Assembly: GCA_028534125.1 (NCBI GenBank)
Contig: CM052817.1
Span: forward strand, 68,078,001 to 68,142,000
DNA: 64,000 nt
From: Lama glama
Lineage: Eukaryota
Direction of reading: 5' to 3'
The notes beneath the pieces were generated by a model that was not told where the DNA came from, searched no databases, and worked only from the letters and a program-made list of their open reading frames with translations. The position numbers and the translations under genes were made by a program. This document shows, in pieces, positions 35,365 through 48,997 of the stretch (position 1 is the first letter of the stretch; each line of letters starts with the position of its first letter).

Positions 35365-37075
35365 GGGGCCATAATGTAACTTGGACCAGATTTACCATTC
35401 ACAATAAATAACTAGAAAAATGGATTAAATGTAAGAAAAAGTGTTTTCAGACATGGAATATCAGGAAGAGTAAAACTATTATTCCTGATCTAGAAGAGAA
35501 ATGAGATGGGCCCTGCAATTACCCTGGCTTTCTGCCTAAAGACATTCCACTCTGTGGCACTGATAGGAGGATCCCAGGTAAAGCACAGTAATTTCACTGA
35601 ACTGAGGAAACTTTCTCAACCTGATAAAGGGCACTAATTAAGACTCAAAACTTTCCCTTGAAGATCAGGAACATGACAAGAATGTCCCCACTTTCTCTAC
35701 TTCTTAATACTTACTGGAGATTCTAGCCAATGCATTAAACAAGAAAAGAAACAAACACCATAGAGATTGCAAAGAAAGAAATAAAAACTCTATTTGCAAG
35801 TAAACTGACCATGTACATATAAACAATCTATAAAAAACTATATTCTATAAAACCATTACTTGCTAATAAGTCACTTTAGCAAGCTTCCCAAATCAGAGCT
35901 AACATGCAAAAATCAATTGCCTTTCTATATATTGACAATGAATGGAAATATAAATTATAAAACATTTCTATTACAATAATATCAAAAAATGAAATTTTGA
36001 AATAAATATAACAAAATATGTGTAAGATCTGTTTACTGAAAACCACAGAACATTGCAGAGACAAATTTTAAAAGACCTGGATAAATGGAGAAATATATCA
36101 TGTTTGTGGATTGGAAGATCCAACACTGTTAAAATGGCAATTCTCCCAATATCTAGATTAATCTATAGATAAACTAATCCAAGTAAAATCCCAACGTGCA
36201 TTTTGGCACAATTGACAAGCTGAATATAAAATTTACATGGAAATGCAAAGGACCTAGAAGAATCAAGTGATTTTGGAAAGGAAGAACAAAGTTAGAGGAT
36301 ACATACCATTGGACTCTTAAGATTTATGATAAACAAAAAATTAACCAAAAGTGAGCTTTTGGTGGAGAGAATAGACATACAGATCAGTGGCTAATTGGTT
36401 TTCAATAAAGGCATGAAGGTAATTCAATGGGGAAGGGACAATCTTAAAAAATCATGCCAGAACAATTGGAAAAAAAAAAAAAACCTGGGCCCTTACTTCA
36501 TACCACATATCAACATTAATTAGACATGAAACATTGACTTAAACTTAAGAAATAAAACTGTAAAACTTCTAGAAGAAAACATAGGAACAAATGTTCTTTA
36601 CTCTGGAGTGGCATGAGCCACAAAAAATTGATTAATTGGTGTTTACAAAGTGAAAAAACAAAGTTAACCCTTTGACAAACATTGTCAAGAAAATGAAAAG
36701 GAAAGCCACAGAGTGAAAAATAAATTCTTGTTACATATATATGACAAAAGATATGAGTTTGAAATAAAGAAATTTTTTGCAACTTACTAATAGTAAGATG
36801 AACAATAACCCAATAAACACAGGCAAATACTTTACTAAAGATATACATGTAGCTAATGAGCCCATGAAAAGAGGTTTAATATCATTAGTCATCAGGAAAA
36901 TGCAAATGAAAACCACAAATAAGTAACACTACATATCCAGTAAATGGCTGAAATTAAAAAAATCTGACAACTTTAAGTATTGGAGAAGATGTGAGTAGTA
37001 ATAAAAATTTTCATATGTTGCTGCAGGAAATGTAAAATGGTACAATCATTTTGGCAAAGAGTTTGACAATTGTTA
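35365..37075 (+). mobile_element. Old L1M: 5'-UTR-like segment joined to degenerate ORF2 RT/C-terminal region
   Basis: From about 35607 the sequence aactttctcaacctgataaaggg...gatcaggaac...aaaatcaattgc...ggattggaaga is L1 ORF2 with many stops and frameshifts. Confidence 0.75.
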
Positions 37076-39514
37076 CATACAAGGTACAAACTGTATCAAT
37101 AACAGGGAGAACTAATATATAACATAGCCACCATATATAACATCACATAGAAAGTGGATCTAATAGTAAGGAGTACATTATAACCAAGTAGAAGTGTTCA
37201 AAAGTATTTGAATTAGCAAAATGTCTTAAAGAGAAATGTATGGTCCTGTTCTTGCATCTCTTAAGAGATGAAACTGTTACATGGCTTTACAAGTGATAAT
37301 AAAATACTAATTAAGGACTAAAAAAGTTACAATAATGCTAACAGACCAGGTCAATATATTATGATGACAAGACATAGATGAAATTATTACCTTTCAAAAG
37401 ACATCATTTTAAGAGAGGTAAATGATTGCAAAACTTAACCGTAAAAGGAAATCACCTTTACGGCTATTATCTTGGTTTTTCTCTTGATTTTTAATCTGCT
37501 TGAGAGAAACAGCTAAATTCTACACCCAATTCTCCATCCAATAGTCTATTGGTTGATAACCTAGATCCTGTGACTTTGGCTAGTTTGAAAAAGTTTTTTC
37601 TTTATTTATCAGGAAAGATTTACCACCTCTGGAAATATTACTTAATTGTAGCATTTCTAAAACCTTAGGAAGATAATCAAATTAAGTATAGTAAAAATAT
37701 TACACAATAACAAAAGGAATATGGAGGATGTTAGTCAAAGTCATAATGTTAATGTTTTAGAATAAATATAAAGGTATATGTAATAATAAGTTGTATCGTC
37801 CTTACATTTGTGTATATTTCACCTGCTGTTTAAAGTGTTCAGTCATGTTAACTGTGGAACTGCTGTTTAACTTTCTAAAGTAAATTTAATTAACCAAATT
37901 TAACATCAATGTAAATATATGAGTTTGATAAGTAAAATACATGAATTTAGTAAGATGAAAATCAAGCAAAGTATGAGTATTTTTGGTTGGTTGTTCCTCT
38001 CCATACACGAAAGTGTCTGGGCATCAGAAGATGTATAATCAATCACAAACATATATAGAGCTAACTAGTACATAAAGCTCAACGTTAAACACCTAGACTC
38101 TAGCACAGAGCCTGACACAGAGTAGGAATTTGGTAAATATTTGCAGAATGAATAATACAAGGTAAACTGTGAAGAGGGAATTGAATTGCAAACAGATCTT
38201 TAGGCGGACAAGCCATGACATGATTCATAAATTTGTATTTTCTAAGGGTTCCACGTGATGGATAGCAAAGGGATACCAAGCCAGAATGTTAATATTTTTT
38301 AATAAATAAAGCACAATGTGACTAGCTTATATTCAGCAAACTACAAGTTAATTGTGATACAAATTAAGAGACAGTGAGTTTCGTTAGTAAGAACAAATGT
38401 AAGATTCCTGGTTCCAAATCTAGCACTTGCTGGACTGAACTGGAATATATATTTATCCCTTCATTCAAAAAGATGATCACCATGATAATGTTAACATATA
38501 TATTTCAATGAAAAATTCAGTTTACATTTTTCACATAGTGCTAAATGTCTCTTTGTTTGGAAATCAAGAACAATGCATATTTACAATGTATCTGAAGGTG
38601 GGGATTTTTTTCCTTATATAATGACATTCAGAGAAATATTAGTGACTTTCAGTGACTAACTCTGCCTGGAGAAGGACTTTGAAAAGAATATGTTGCAAAT
38701 ATGTACAAGTATACTGCACCTAAAAAGCACACAGCTTTCAGAGATGCAGTTTTGCATCTCAAGGAATATAAGATCCCATAGAGAGAAGAAACATAGTCTT
38801 TCTAGACTTTGTACAGGCTAATAAAAAAACATAAGATCTTGTAAAATGTGTGTTAATTAAAATTTGGGAGACAAAATAAAGTTGTTACTTTTCTTAATAT
38901 TCCACTCATCGAGAAGCTTGTGTCCCACAGGTTTAGACCTTTGGAACATCAGTTGTTAACGTTTATCAGTAACACTGAACTTTGCCTCCTTTTGACCGGC
39001 ACGCTTTGCTCAAAAGGATGTCTGTGGTGATCATAATTCAACAGTTCTAAGTATAGTGACTGCTTTGTTTTCAAGAGGTTATTTAGGTCAAGGGAAACTC
39101 TGCAGTTGTGTCATTTGATATAGCTCCAGAATTACTCAACATTATCACCGTTGCTGAAATGCAAACTGCCAATATTCTTTTGTTTTCTAGCTACTTCTTT
39201 TCAGACTTAAGTCCACTTCTTTTTTCTTGGTTACATTCTACAAAAGGCCTCAACAAGTAGCTTTTAGAAATTTATATACTCAGATAAATAATATTTTATT
39301 AGATCAAAGGGGCTTAAGTAAAATACTGTCTAATAAAGAAGATGTTAAGGAGGCCCACTCCATTATTAACATCAAGTCTTGTTTATCCCTCACAATACCT
39401 ATCACTTCTTCCCCCCACTTCCCTCAACCAATACCTATTCTATTTTTCTGGCTTATTTAACGAGAATAGAGGCTTGGTAGAGGTTTGTAATTAGCTGTAC
39501 GATACCATTTTCCA

Positions 39515-39915
39515 GTTCTTCCTGAATGACAAAATGCCAAATTTATTCAGCGCTGCTATGTGCCAGCTAGAAAAATAATTTCCCAGCCTCTCTGGCAGCC
39601 AGGCAAAGCCACATGATGGAGTTCTGGCTAAGGAGGCAGAAACAACCGTGGTGGAGGAAATTTCCTGAAGTTACTCAGCAGTGGCCCCCGTTGCCCTCCT
39701 TCCTGCTGCCCACAGAGGGGAGGAAATGGGCAGCATTCCAACAGCCACATGGTAGCCTTGGCTAGTGTGGTGAGAAATGATAGAACCGGAGACACCAGAT
39801 AACCACAAAACAACCATACTAGCCCTGGGATGCCCACTTCCTTGACTCCTTTTCCTTGAAAGAAAAGTAAAACAGTGAGGTTTAAATGCCATGATTAGAG
39901 GTTTTTCTGTGGCAC
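39515..39915 (+). mobile_element. MaLR LTR (MLT1J-like)
   Basis: atttcccagcctctctggcagccagg...ccacatga...gttctggc...ccatactagccctgg. Confidence 0.65.
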
Positions 39916-39929
39916 ATGATTAGAGCTTG

Positions 39930-40379
39930 CGTGGCAATTGGATGGCAGCCTCAAATAGGGTCACAGAGGACAGTGTGATGAAGGGGGACACATTACAAGG
40001 GTGTGAACACAGTTAAGGCAAATTTACACAATTAACAACTGCAAAGAAGCCTGTTTGGCCTCTAAGTTTAACTAGTGGAGGAAGAGAGCTGTTGTTGGAC
40101 CCCAGGCTGCTGGAGGACAGGGTCTCTTGATGGAGCTATGTCTTCAAGCAGACACGCCCAGCAGGAAGTGAGTGACTCAGGATAACAGTCACCCTGGCCT
40201 CACTCTCCACCTGCTCTCTTTTCTCCTGCCGTGTCTCCTATCGGCCAAATTCACCATAAATTAGAGGGCAAAGATCACCTGTTTACATAGTCCATAAAAG
40301 TCAGCCCCTGGGGATACAAAGGCAGGGTGGAGAAGGCTAGAGAGTGACCTGGAGGGTCAAATGGAAAATGTCCAGCACA
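39930..40379 (-). mobile_element. LTR41-like ERVL LTR
   Basis: ggccaaat...agagggcaa...gtcagcccc...gcagggtggagaagg...caaatggaaaatgtccagcaca. Confidence 0.65.
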
Positions 40380-40439
40380 ACTGCTTATTACTTTCCTGCT
40401 TTCAACTCCATTTCCTCACCTGCGCCCTAGTCCACCCCC

Positions 40440-41230
40440 CAGTTCACTGTTATCTCCTTAAAGTGAAGACTAATATCATTTCCCTCCTTTGCTTAAACCT
40501 CTTCAGCATATCCTAGTAGCCCAGCAAGTCAAGTCCAGAATCCTTAACTGAGCATGAAAGGAGTCGCCATCTTGCTCTGTCCCGCTTTCCCAAACCTGTT
40601 TCTCTGTAATTCCCTACATGTATCCTATGTTGCCACCAAACTGCAATAATCATCATTCCAAACAGTAGCCCGTGCTTTCCCATTGCATTTGCCTTTATTC
40701 CTCCTGCTTAAAAAACAGGGCACTCCTCTTTCTTTCTCCTCTCTGAAAACCTCATCCATATACTGAAGTGTAGCTTACAAACGTACGCTGTGGAACCTTT
40801 CCTGAACCTTTCGCTGGATATCAACATCCTCCATTGGCTTCTTATCTCACTCAGAGTAAAGGCCAAAGTCCTTCCAGTGCCCTACAGATCCCTACATGAT
40901 ACCATCCCCACCCCCCAGCACACACACAGTACCTCTTCATTACTGAAGCTCTCTTTCTTCATAATTCCTGTCTCACTTACTTCATTCCAGTGATGTGTGT
41001 CCCTTGCTATTGCTAGAACCACTGAGCCTATGTCTCATATCCTTTACACTTGCCTGACTTAAATGCTATCGTTGTCCCCTCCAACCCCATCCACATTGCT
41101 TATTCTCTGAATTCCTGCAGTTTTCTGCTCACATTTCCAGTGAGGCCATCCCTGATTACTCTATGGAAATTAGAAACCCCTCCCCTGTCTGCCAGCACTC
41201 CCCACTCTCTTTACCACAGCACTTATCCAC
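40440..41230 (+). mobile_element. L2 fragments
   Basis: tcactcagagtaaaggccaaagtcctt...cagtgaggccatccctga. Confidence 0.6.
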
Positions 41231-42269
41231 ATTCCACTGAGTGGGTGGAAAGACAAGAATGGGGGGATGAATTCAGGAAGAAGTGCAGATAGGCTTGTCT
41301 TTGGGGTGGTGGTGTCAAGTCAGAGAGATGAGAATGATAGGGCTACCTGCGCTAGGGTTCCCAATGGAACTCCAGTGAAATGTTCTTTTCCTCTTCTGGT
41401 TTTAGTAGAGGCTAATGGGTGGCGTAGCAGTGGTCTGATGGGCAATCACAGAACTTTGTTCAAAATTGCAAGTTAACCTGTAGTCTCCTCAAGGCAAATT
41501 CACAGATCTAGAGAAGTATGGCATTAGAACTACAACACAACGGGAGAAAGCAGACCAGTCATATTATTCTCTAATATTAAGCTTTTAATATTTTATAGAA
41601 AGCTGCTCTATTCATAATTTAACTAAGAAGAATGTCACGGCCCGTGGCAGAAAAGATGCAAGGTAGTTTTCTCAGCAATTCTTTCAGAAGACTTGGCAAA
41701 AAAAACCCAAAATAGATATTGGCATAAAGAAATAATATTCCAGTAATAATCCTATTTGAAAGAATAATCCAGATTTGAGAGGATAAGAAACTTGTATTAC
41801 TTCCTCTCCTACTCACTGTGCTACTCACGGCTTTTCGAAAGATGGTGCAGTGGGAGGGAAAGGAAAGAAAGACAAAAACACTATATTTAGCTTGTATCAT
41901 TTTTAACATTTGGTCCATCAAAAAACTGATGCTTTCTCTCACTGGGTGCTTTTATGGGTTTTTAAGAGACTTTCTGTTGGGGTCAACTGATCTTCCTAGA
42001 AAGTCACCTTAGGTGGATCCCTTTCAAGACAGCCCAGGTGATCCATACTTGGTCCATGTGATACACGCATGCATCCTTGACCTACCACATTATTCCATCA
42101 TAGCTCTGTTTTTGTTTTTGTTCTTGTTTTTGCTTCACAGTTCCCTTCAACCAGCTTCCCCTTTACACATTTGTTGGAATTGAAAGGGGAAGCACCCCGT
42201 CCTTTCCCCTAGGCAGAGGGGAGGTGCAATGTCATAGCACTCTGAAAATAAAGCCCGAGAGAACTGAGA

Positions 42270-42710
42270 ACTATTAGTGAGAACTGAGTTAATGAGAACT
42301 GGTGGGAGTCTGCTCTGGAAGAAAGTTAGCACCATCACTTGCGTTTAGCAGAGACTCAAAGGCAGGCAAGAGAGTGGAAAATCTCCAGAGTATGGAAACA
42401 AGAATGCCTTCAGGTATGCTCTGATTGGAGATAGTTGGTGTGGGGAAGCCAGGGGAGACTTAACTAGAAGTGGAGCATCTTATGTGATGGGTTTGAGGAG
42501 CTCATTTGGCTTTTTCTGGCTGGATCTGAGTTGGAAGTGAGGTCAAGAAACAGAAAGCTGGCAGGCACAGATCAAGTCCTAGTGATGTGGCTGATCACTA
42601 CAGAGGCTGTGGTTTGGCTTTTCCAGCTGGTTGCTGCAGAGGATGTGGGTGAGAGTTCTTTCAGCACATATGACCCAGTCATTGTTCATTTGTACATTCG
42701 ATCTCTCGTA
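42270..42710 (-). mobile_element. ERV1-class LTR (MER110-like)
   Basis: caccatcacttgcgtttagcagagactcaaaggcaggca...ctgattggag...catttggctttttctgg. Confidence 0.6.
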
Positions 42711-43222
42711 ATTCTCCCTCTAATGAAGTTATGCCTACCCAACTCCATTAATTTTCAAGCCTCCCCTTAAATGTCTTCAAGGTAGACTACAGATGAATCA
42801 CCTGACTGATTTTTAGGCTGCCTCTTTCGAGTCACTTCTTTTATAATATGTGGATAATAAAACATTTTGTTCTCAAATTTAGAGCCTCATCCAAAACTGA
42901 GGAAATAGTCTACTTTAACTTCCTAATGCATAGGTCTCAGTCCAGAGGACTCATCTGAGAAGACTGGCAGCAAAAAAGAGGAAGAGAAATTGGACAGCAC
43001 CTAGAATGCACACGCAGGCCAACGAGTCCCTCTTCTTTCTCTTCTTCCCCTTCTCTTCTTTTTTTCCTTCTCATTTTCTTTTCTAAGGCATAAACCCTCA
43101 CAATAAAGTCGGAGATCCTCAACATAGCCAGATTCTTCAGCCTCAAGACTTGAGCCAGCCTTGCCCCTCTGGTCTCAGTTCCTGCCACTCCCAAACACTA
43201 TCTTGTTTTTCATGACTAGAAG

Positions 43223-43894
43223 TGAAACTGAACAGGACCCTGAGGGGCCTTCCTCGAGAAGTTTCCTCCATCCCACCACCCCGCCCCATGTCCCCTGTCT
43301 CTTGTTTATAAGAAAAAAACTTCAGCCTCCTAGGCCTTCTCCAAGTTCCAAAGAGAAAATTTAATTATAGAAGTGAGAAAAATGCAGAAACAAAGGAAAC
43401 AGTCAAGCAAGACAAACAAAACAAAACAAAACAAAAACAAAAAACCCCAAAAAGTTTAGCCATAAAACAAAGTCAAGGACTGGTTTGTTTGGTTCTTTGG
43501 CTTCAACTTTAGTTCTTTCTTGAAGGCTATTAGATAATAAAGCCCTACCTTTGAGTTGTTTTCCAGGTAATAAAAACCCCACCAAGTGGAAGAAGTTAAC
43601 TGCATGCTGAACACTAGCAGGTAGACCCTAGACCTAGACCAGTTGGAACCAGAAGGTTGATGACGCTGACTCCAGAAATACCAGTTGACTACCTCACCAT
43701 CAGCCAATCTAAAGAATGTGCATGAGTTGACCAGTCACCCTGTGACCCACTCCCTCACCTTGTCTTTAAAAACATGCCCCTGAAAGCGATGGGAGAATTT
43801 AGGTCTTCTGAGCATGTGTGGCCCGTTCTCCTTGCTTGGCTCATGTTGGGTGCTTTGCAATAAATGCTATGCTTCCCTTCACTACAACCTGGTG
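43223..43894 (+). mobile_element. ERV1-class LTR (probably artiodactyl-specific), 3'-truncated
   Basis: TG start (tgaaactgaacaggaccc), then CCAAT at 43704-43708, TTTAAAAA at 43765-43772 and AATAAA at 43859-43864, in LTR order. Confidence 0.75.
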
Positions 43895-44789
43895 CCTGAT
43901 TTTACTTTAAATAGATTGTTCTAAGTTACTTTTGATGAAGTTTTAATAACTTACACTCCCGTCTCCTACAATGGCCTGTTTCCATCACTGAGATCATCAC
44001 TTACTTTAATCATTTCCAAAAGAAGTATCTCATTGTTTGAATTCACATTTCCTTCATCAGTAGTCAGAGGGAACCGCTTTTCATATGTTTGGTAGTTATT
44101 TGCACTTTTTCTTTGGATTTTTTAAAATGAATTTTGCTGTTTTCTTATTTTGTTTGATCATTTGATGTCTATTTGTAGTACTTCTTACAATTTATGACAA
44201 TTAACTGTCAATCATATATATTATATAAATAGTAACTCCCAGTTCATTGTTTCTAAATCTATCTTCTTTAGGGTATTTTTGTATACAGATATTTTAATAT
44301 CTAGGTAGTTGAATTTATCTCTTTCATAGTTTTTGATTTTTATGTCAGGCACAGGTAGAATTTTACCAAGTGAGTTATGAAATTATTTAAGCCTATTTCC
44401 CCCTAGTATTTTATTCCTTCATTTTTCATTTAATTATGAGTTCATATTTAACCTAAAAATAATCTTGCTTACATATTTATTTTCTAGTAAGTCACTATAA
44501 ATTTTCAAGTAACATAATAGCAGAGTATATAATTTGTGATTATCACTTTCAAAATAGAGAAATTCTTCAAAAGCATCATTTAAGAGCTCAAGACAATATT
44601 TCTAGGAAAAAAGGTGCAAATTTAGAAAGCAAGTGAATAAGTTAGCATATATTTGCTAATATTTATGAAGATAAAAGTATTTTGTTCCTCACATATATTG
44701 GGTTTTTTTGATATTCTGTTGAGTGTTTTGTGAGTTTATTATCTGTGGAGATGCAGGTCGATGAACAGTTTTAATTAAGGGCCTACACT

Positions 44790-45175
44790 TTACCCGGTGC
44801 TGGGAATACAGCAGTACAAAGGGCCTGTGAAAAAGAGATTTCTGGAGGCTTCTAAAGAAAGACGCTTCCTCATGTCTTACAAAAAGGCTTCTGTGTCTCT
44901 CTTCCTGGTCATGAACTGGAGAAACTTTGAACTTCAAGTATTTGGTAACCATGTGGCACCACAAGAGGGAGCCAACCGTAGAGTAGGGCTGAACTGACCC
45001 CCAGGGATTGCAGAATTGAGGAAGGGAAACTAGCAGTTCAATGATTTTTTTTAGCTGCTGAATCAAGCCTATCTGGATCTATCTTTAAACTTACCAGTTA
45101 TTTAAACCAATACATCTCTATAATTGTTTAAGCTATTTTCTGTTACTTATACCCAAAGACGTCTTAACCAACACA
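44790..45175 (+). mobile_element. MaLR LTR (MLT1K-like)
   Basis: gaggcttctaaagaaag...gctgctgaatcaagcc...ttgtttaagct...ttttctgttactt. Confidence 0.55.
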
Positions 45176-45469
45176 ATGTTGGTTAGGAACCAACATAAGT
45201 ACTATGGAACCTGCTTAAGTACTGTGTACTTCTCTACGTTGGCACTTTTCTCATGGTATTGTGATTATCAATTAAGTTGTCTGTATCCCTTTAAAATTTT
45301 AAGCAGTAATTGTATGCATCTTGTCTACCAGTCTATACTCAGTACAGTGCCAGTAGAGTCTACACACCTCAGGTATTTGCTGAATGTGTAAGAAGAAATT
45401 ATGCAATCAAGAGACCTTTTATTATTTGATTTCTTAACTTCCACTTATTATGCACTGTTTTTCTTCATT

Positions 45470-48400
45470 CTTTTTTATAATAAAAAATACAGAAAAGCAC
45501 ACAGATCCATGTATATACCACCCACAATGAACAAATATTTGTACTGCATATTCCCCAATGTTCCCTAATTTCCTCTCTTTTTATCCAGAAACGAGTATTA
45601 TCATTATCTGCTAGGTTCAGAATAGTATTGTTTTGTATAGTTTTAAAATAAATATGTAAAAAGAATTATATGTACTATTTGGCAACTTATTTTCTGACAC
45701 TCAGCATATGGGTTCCTGACATTTACCATGTTAATCCATGTGGATTGCTCACTCATCTTAACTGCTACATAGTTTTTCATCATAGGAAGATGCTGCGTCA
45801 CCTATTAGTGGAGATTTGCATTGGTTCCAGTTTCACAATTAAACAATAATTCAATGAACATCTTTGTCTCCTGTGAGAGCTCTTCTACGATAATAGGCCT
45901 TAACAAGAAATTGATGGTCCCAGGGTACGCACATTTACAAGTGTACTGAATATTGCCGAACTCCTCTCTTTCCAAAATGGGTGCAAACTTTCTAATTTGT
46001 ATGTATTATTAAATTGCTTTCCAAAGTATTTGTACCAATTTATACTTTTACCAATAATCTAAAAGAGTAATCATTCATCCATATCACTGCTAACACTTGG
46101 AATTATTAGAAGTTTTTCATTTTTGCTAATCTGATGAATGTAAAATAATTTTTAATTATCATTTTATTATTTTTGCCCAGAATAATAGTACATTATGATC
46201 TTTTTATGTATTTAATCATCAATATGCTTTCTACTTCAAAGACTTACCTGCTCAAAACCGTTCCCTTTTGCTCTCTCTGGGCTGGATTTTTAATTCTTTT
46301 TTCTACTTTATATATAATAATGTATTATATGTGTTTGATATTAATCCTTCATTTTTGATGTTGTGAATGTCTTTTCTTCATCTGACAATTATCGTTCAGG
46401 CATGTTTATAATGAGCTTTAGTATTTAGACGTTCATCATTGTAAAGCAATTGTTTGGTTTTATTTTGGTTTTAGTTAAAAATCTTTCTCTACACCAATAT
46501 TATGAATATATTCTCCTTTTTTAAAAAAAGTAATGATTTTAAAATTTTGATTTTCACTTTTAAATCCTGAACCTATCTGAAATTTATTTTTTACGTAATA
46601 TAGAAATTAGAGAAATTTTTTTAATATATAATAAACCAATCACAACAACACATCTCCTTGATTTGTAATGCTTCCTGTATGACACACCAAATTCCTTATA
46701 TGCTTCTGTCATTTTTGGACTCCCTATTCTATTCCAATAATCTATTTGCTTGTCTCTGAGCCACCAATGTCACATTGTTTTGTAAATTTTATAATATCCT
46801 CTTGATATCTGGTCAGACAACTCCTTAAAATTGTCTTGGCTATTCTGGATCCTTTACCATCCCATATAAATATGAAAATCAATCAATCTCAAAAATATTC
46901 TATCAGAATTTTAATGAAATTTAGTTTAACTTACAGATTACTTTAGAGAAAAGGTATCTTTCTGATACTGAATATCTTATTTATTGGCATAATATATTAG
47001 TTAGGTCTTCTGTTATATCTTTCAATAATATTTTGTAATTTTCTCCAAAGAGGTCTTGCACACCTTCTATCAAGTTTGTTCCTAGGTACATTTTTGGATC
47101 TTGTTGCTTCTGTAAATTTTATCTTTCCAAGATAATTTTTTGTAACCAATGTTGCTAAATGTATAGGAAGACTATTAACTTTTCTATATTCAGCTAAGCT
47201 ACTTGAATTCTTATATTTGCTTTAATAGCTGTCCTTAATTCTTTTGGATTTTCTATGTGGACAATCATATATGAAAATCACAGCATGTTTTCTCTTCTGT
47301 CTTAATACTTAGACATACTATTTATTTTTCCTTGTTACTTATTTAGGTATTCTAGTACATGATGAGTAGCAGCAGGAATAACAGCCATCCTTGACTTGTT
47401 CTTGTTAAAGTGTACTTGTCAAAAGAGTAAACCATGGCTCTCATGTAGCTATAAATGGATATATGTCAAGGGTTTTATTTAATTCATAAATTAATGAGGG
47501 AACGAGAACTATATTTAAACAGGTTCAAAGAATACTTAGGAGTTAATTCAATAAAGGAACTTTAGAGTAAGATTGTTGGGTTAGATCCAGAACTGGTTAA
47601 CATCATCCAGAGCAATAAACCACACTTTGGGGTAATGTTTTACTGGACAGAAATTATTTTCATCTGTACCAGACAAGTACCTACAAGTTAACCTCTGCAT
47701 CTGCACAGCTGACAACAGCACAGACAACAGAAAGATCAGCCAAAGATGCAAACCCACCTACTATTCTCTTTTGCCTGTTTATAAGTTTTGGGTAATTTTT
47801 CTGTCATTCCTGATTTTAAAGGAAATGCTTATAAAGTTTTACCATTAATTACAGTGTTTATAGTTTTTTGGTAAATACCTTTTTAATAAGCTAAGGAAGT
47901 TCTATTTTAGTTTTCTAAAATAATTTAGCATAAATGACCCAATTTAGCCCAATAAATACTTTCTAGCGTCTCTATTAAAATGATTGTTTTGGTTTTTTTC
48001 CTTTCCATGTGTTAACGAGGTGGGATATATTGATAAACTCGGATGTTTAAATATCATTTCACTTTCAGAAAACTCTACTTTGTCATGATGTATTATTATT
48101 TAGTTATATACTGCTGACATTTATTTCCTAATATTTTATTTAGAAATTTTGCACTTATATTCATACATGAGATTACTCCGTCATCTTTTCTGGTACCATC
48201 CTTAGCCAGTTTTTGTAACCAAGGATTTCCCTTCCCTTTCTACACTTTAAAAAGTTTTTTAAATGAGATACAGAACATCTTTTTTTTTCCTCAAAATGTT
48301 GGTAAAAATCACTATTTTTATGATCCTGTTTTAGAAAAATTACTCTGCTGTCCACTAGGAAGATAGATTAAAGGGAGCATTGTTGTGGCAGAATGACCAT

Positions 48401-48590
48401 TTGCATTTCCTTTCCTGTGAAATCTGTCTGTTCATAACCTTTGTTCATATTTTATTATTGGGGTATTGGTGTCCTTATCAATTTGCTTGAATTCTTTCCA
48501 TTAGGGTATTATTAATGATCTTAATTCTTTTTCATATTTGTGATTAATTTTCTACCAGTTTATTACTTGTCTTATGATTTTATTTATATA
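45470..48590 (-). mobile_element. Ancient L1ME fragments (antisense ORF2 and 3' UTR)
   Basis: ttgctttccaaagt..ttgtaccaattta, ttgtcttggctattctgg, agaggtcttgcacacctt, catccttgacttgtt. Confidence 0.75.
47403..47806 (-). mobile_element. Solo LTR (LTR37-like, ERV1 class) nested in L1ME
   Basis: TG...CA ends with a 4-bp TSD ttct/ttcc that interrupts the L1 motif cttgttcctgattttaaagg; AATAAA on the minus strand near 47474-47479. Confidence 0.65.
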
Positions 48591-48810
48591 TTTTGAGTCT
48601 TTGTTTTTATTACAAATATATATATTTGTAAAATATATGTATTTATATATATTTACAATATTGTAAACAAAATCAAACAATACAGATATACATAAAGCAG
48701 AGGGCAGGAGAAAATAATATGTTAAAAAAATCATCTTGTATTTAAACTAACCCTTCCCCCCTTTCCATGCCTTCTCAGTTTATTTATAGCACTGTTTAAG
48801 ATTGGGTATG

Positions 48811-48997
48811 GGGGGGGAGGGTATAGCTCAAGCAGTAGAGTGCATGCTTAGCATGCACAGGGTCCTGGGTTCAATCTCCAGTACCTCCTGCAGAAATAAA
48901 TAAACTTAATTACTTCCCCCTACACACACCACAAACAGAAAAAAACCCAAATAAAATAAAATGCTGGCTTAAAAAAATTAAAAACAAAAGCAAACAA
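48811..48997 (+). mobile_element. Vic-1-type camelid SINE
   Basis: ggggagggtatagctcaagcagtagagtgcatgcttagcatgcac...ggttcaatctccagtacc plus an A-rich tail. 13-bp TSD aagattgggtatg (48798-48810) / aagattgggcatg (48998-49010). Confidence 0.92.

Noticed and set aside
34364..36916. ORFs within L1 fragments
   Set aside because: They are antisense frames of decayed L1 sequence; ORF2 itself is broken by stops and frameshifts.
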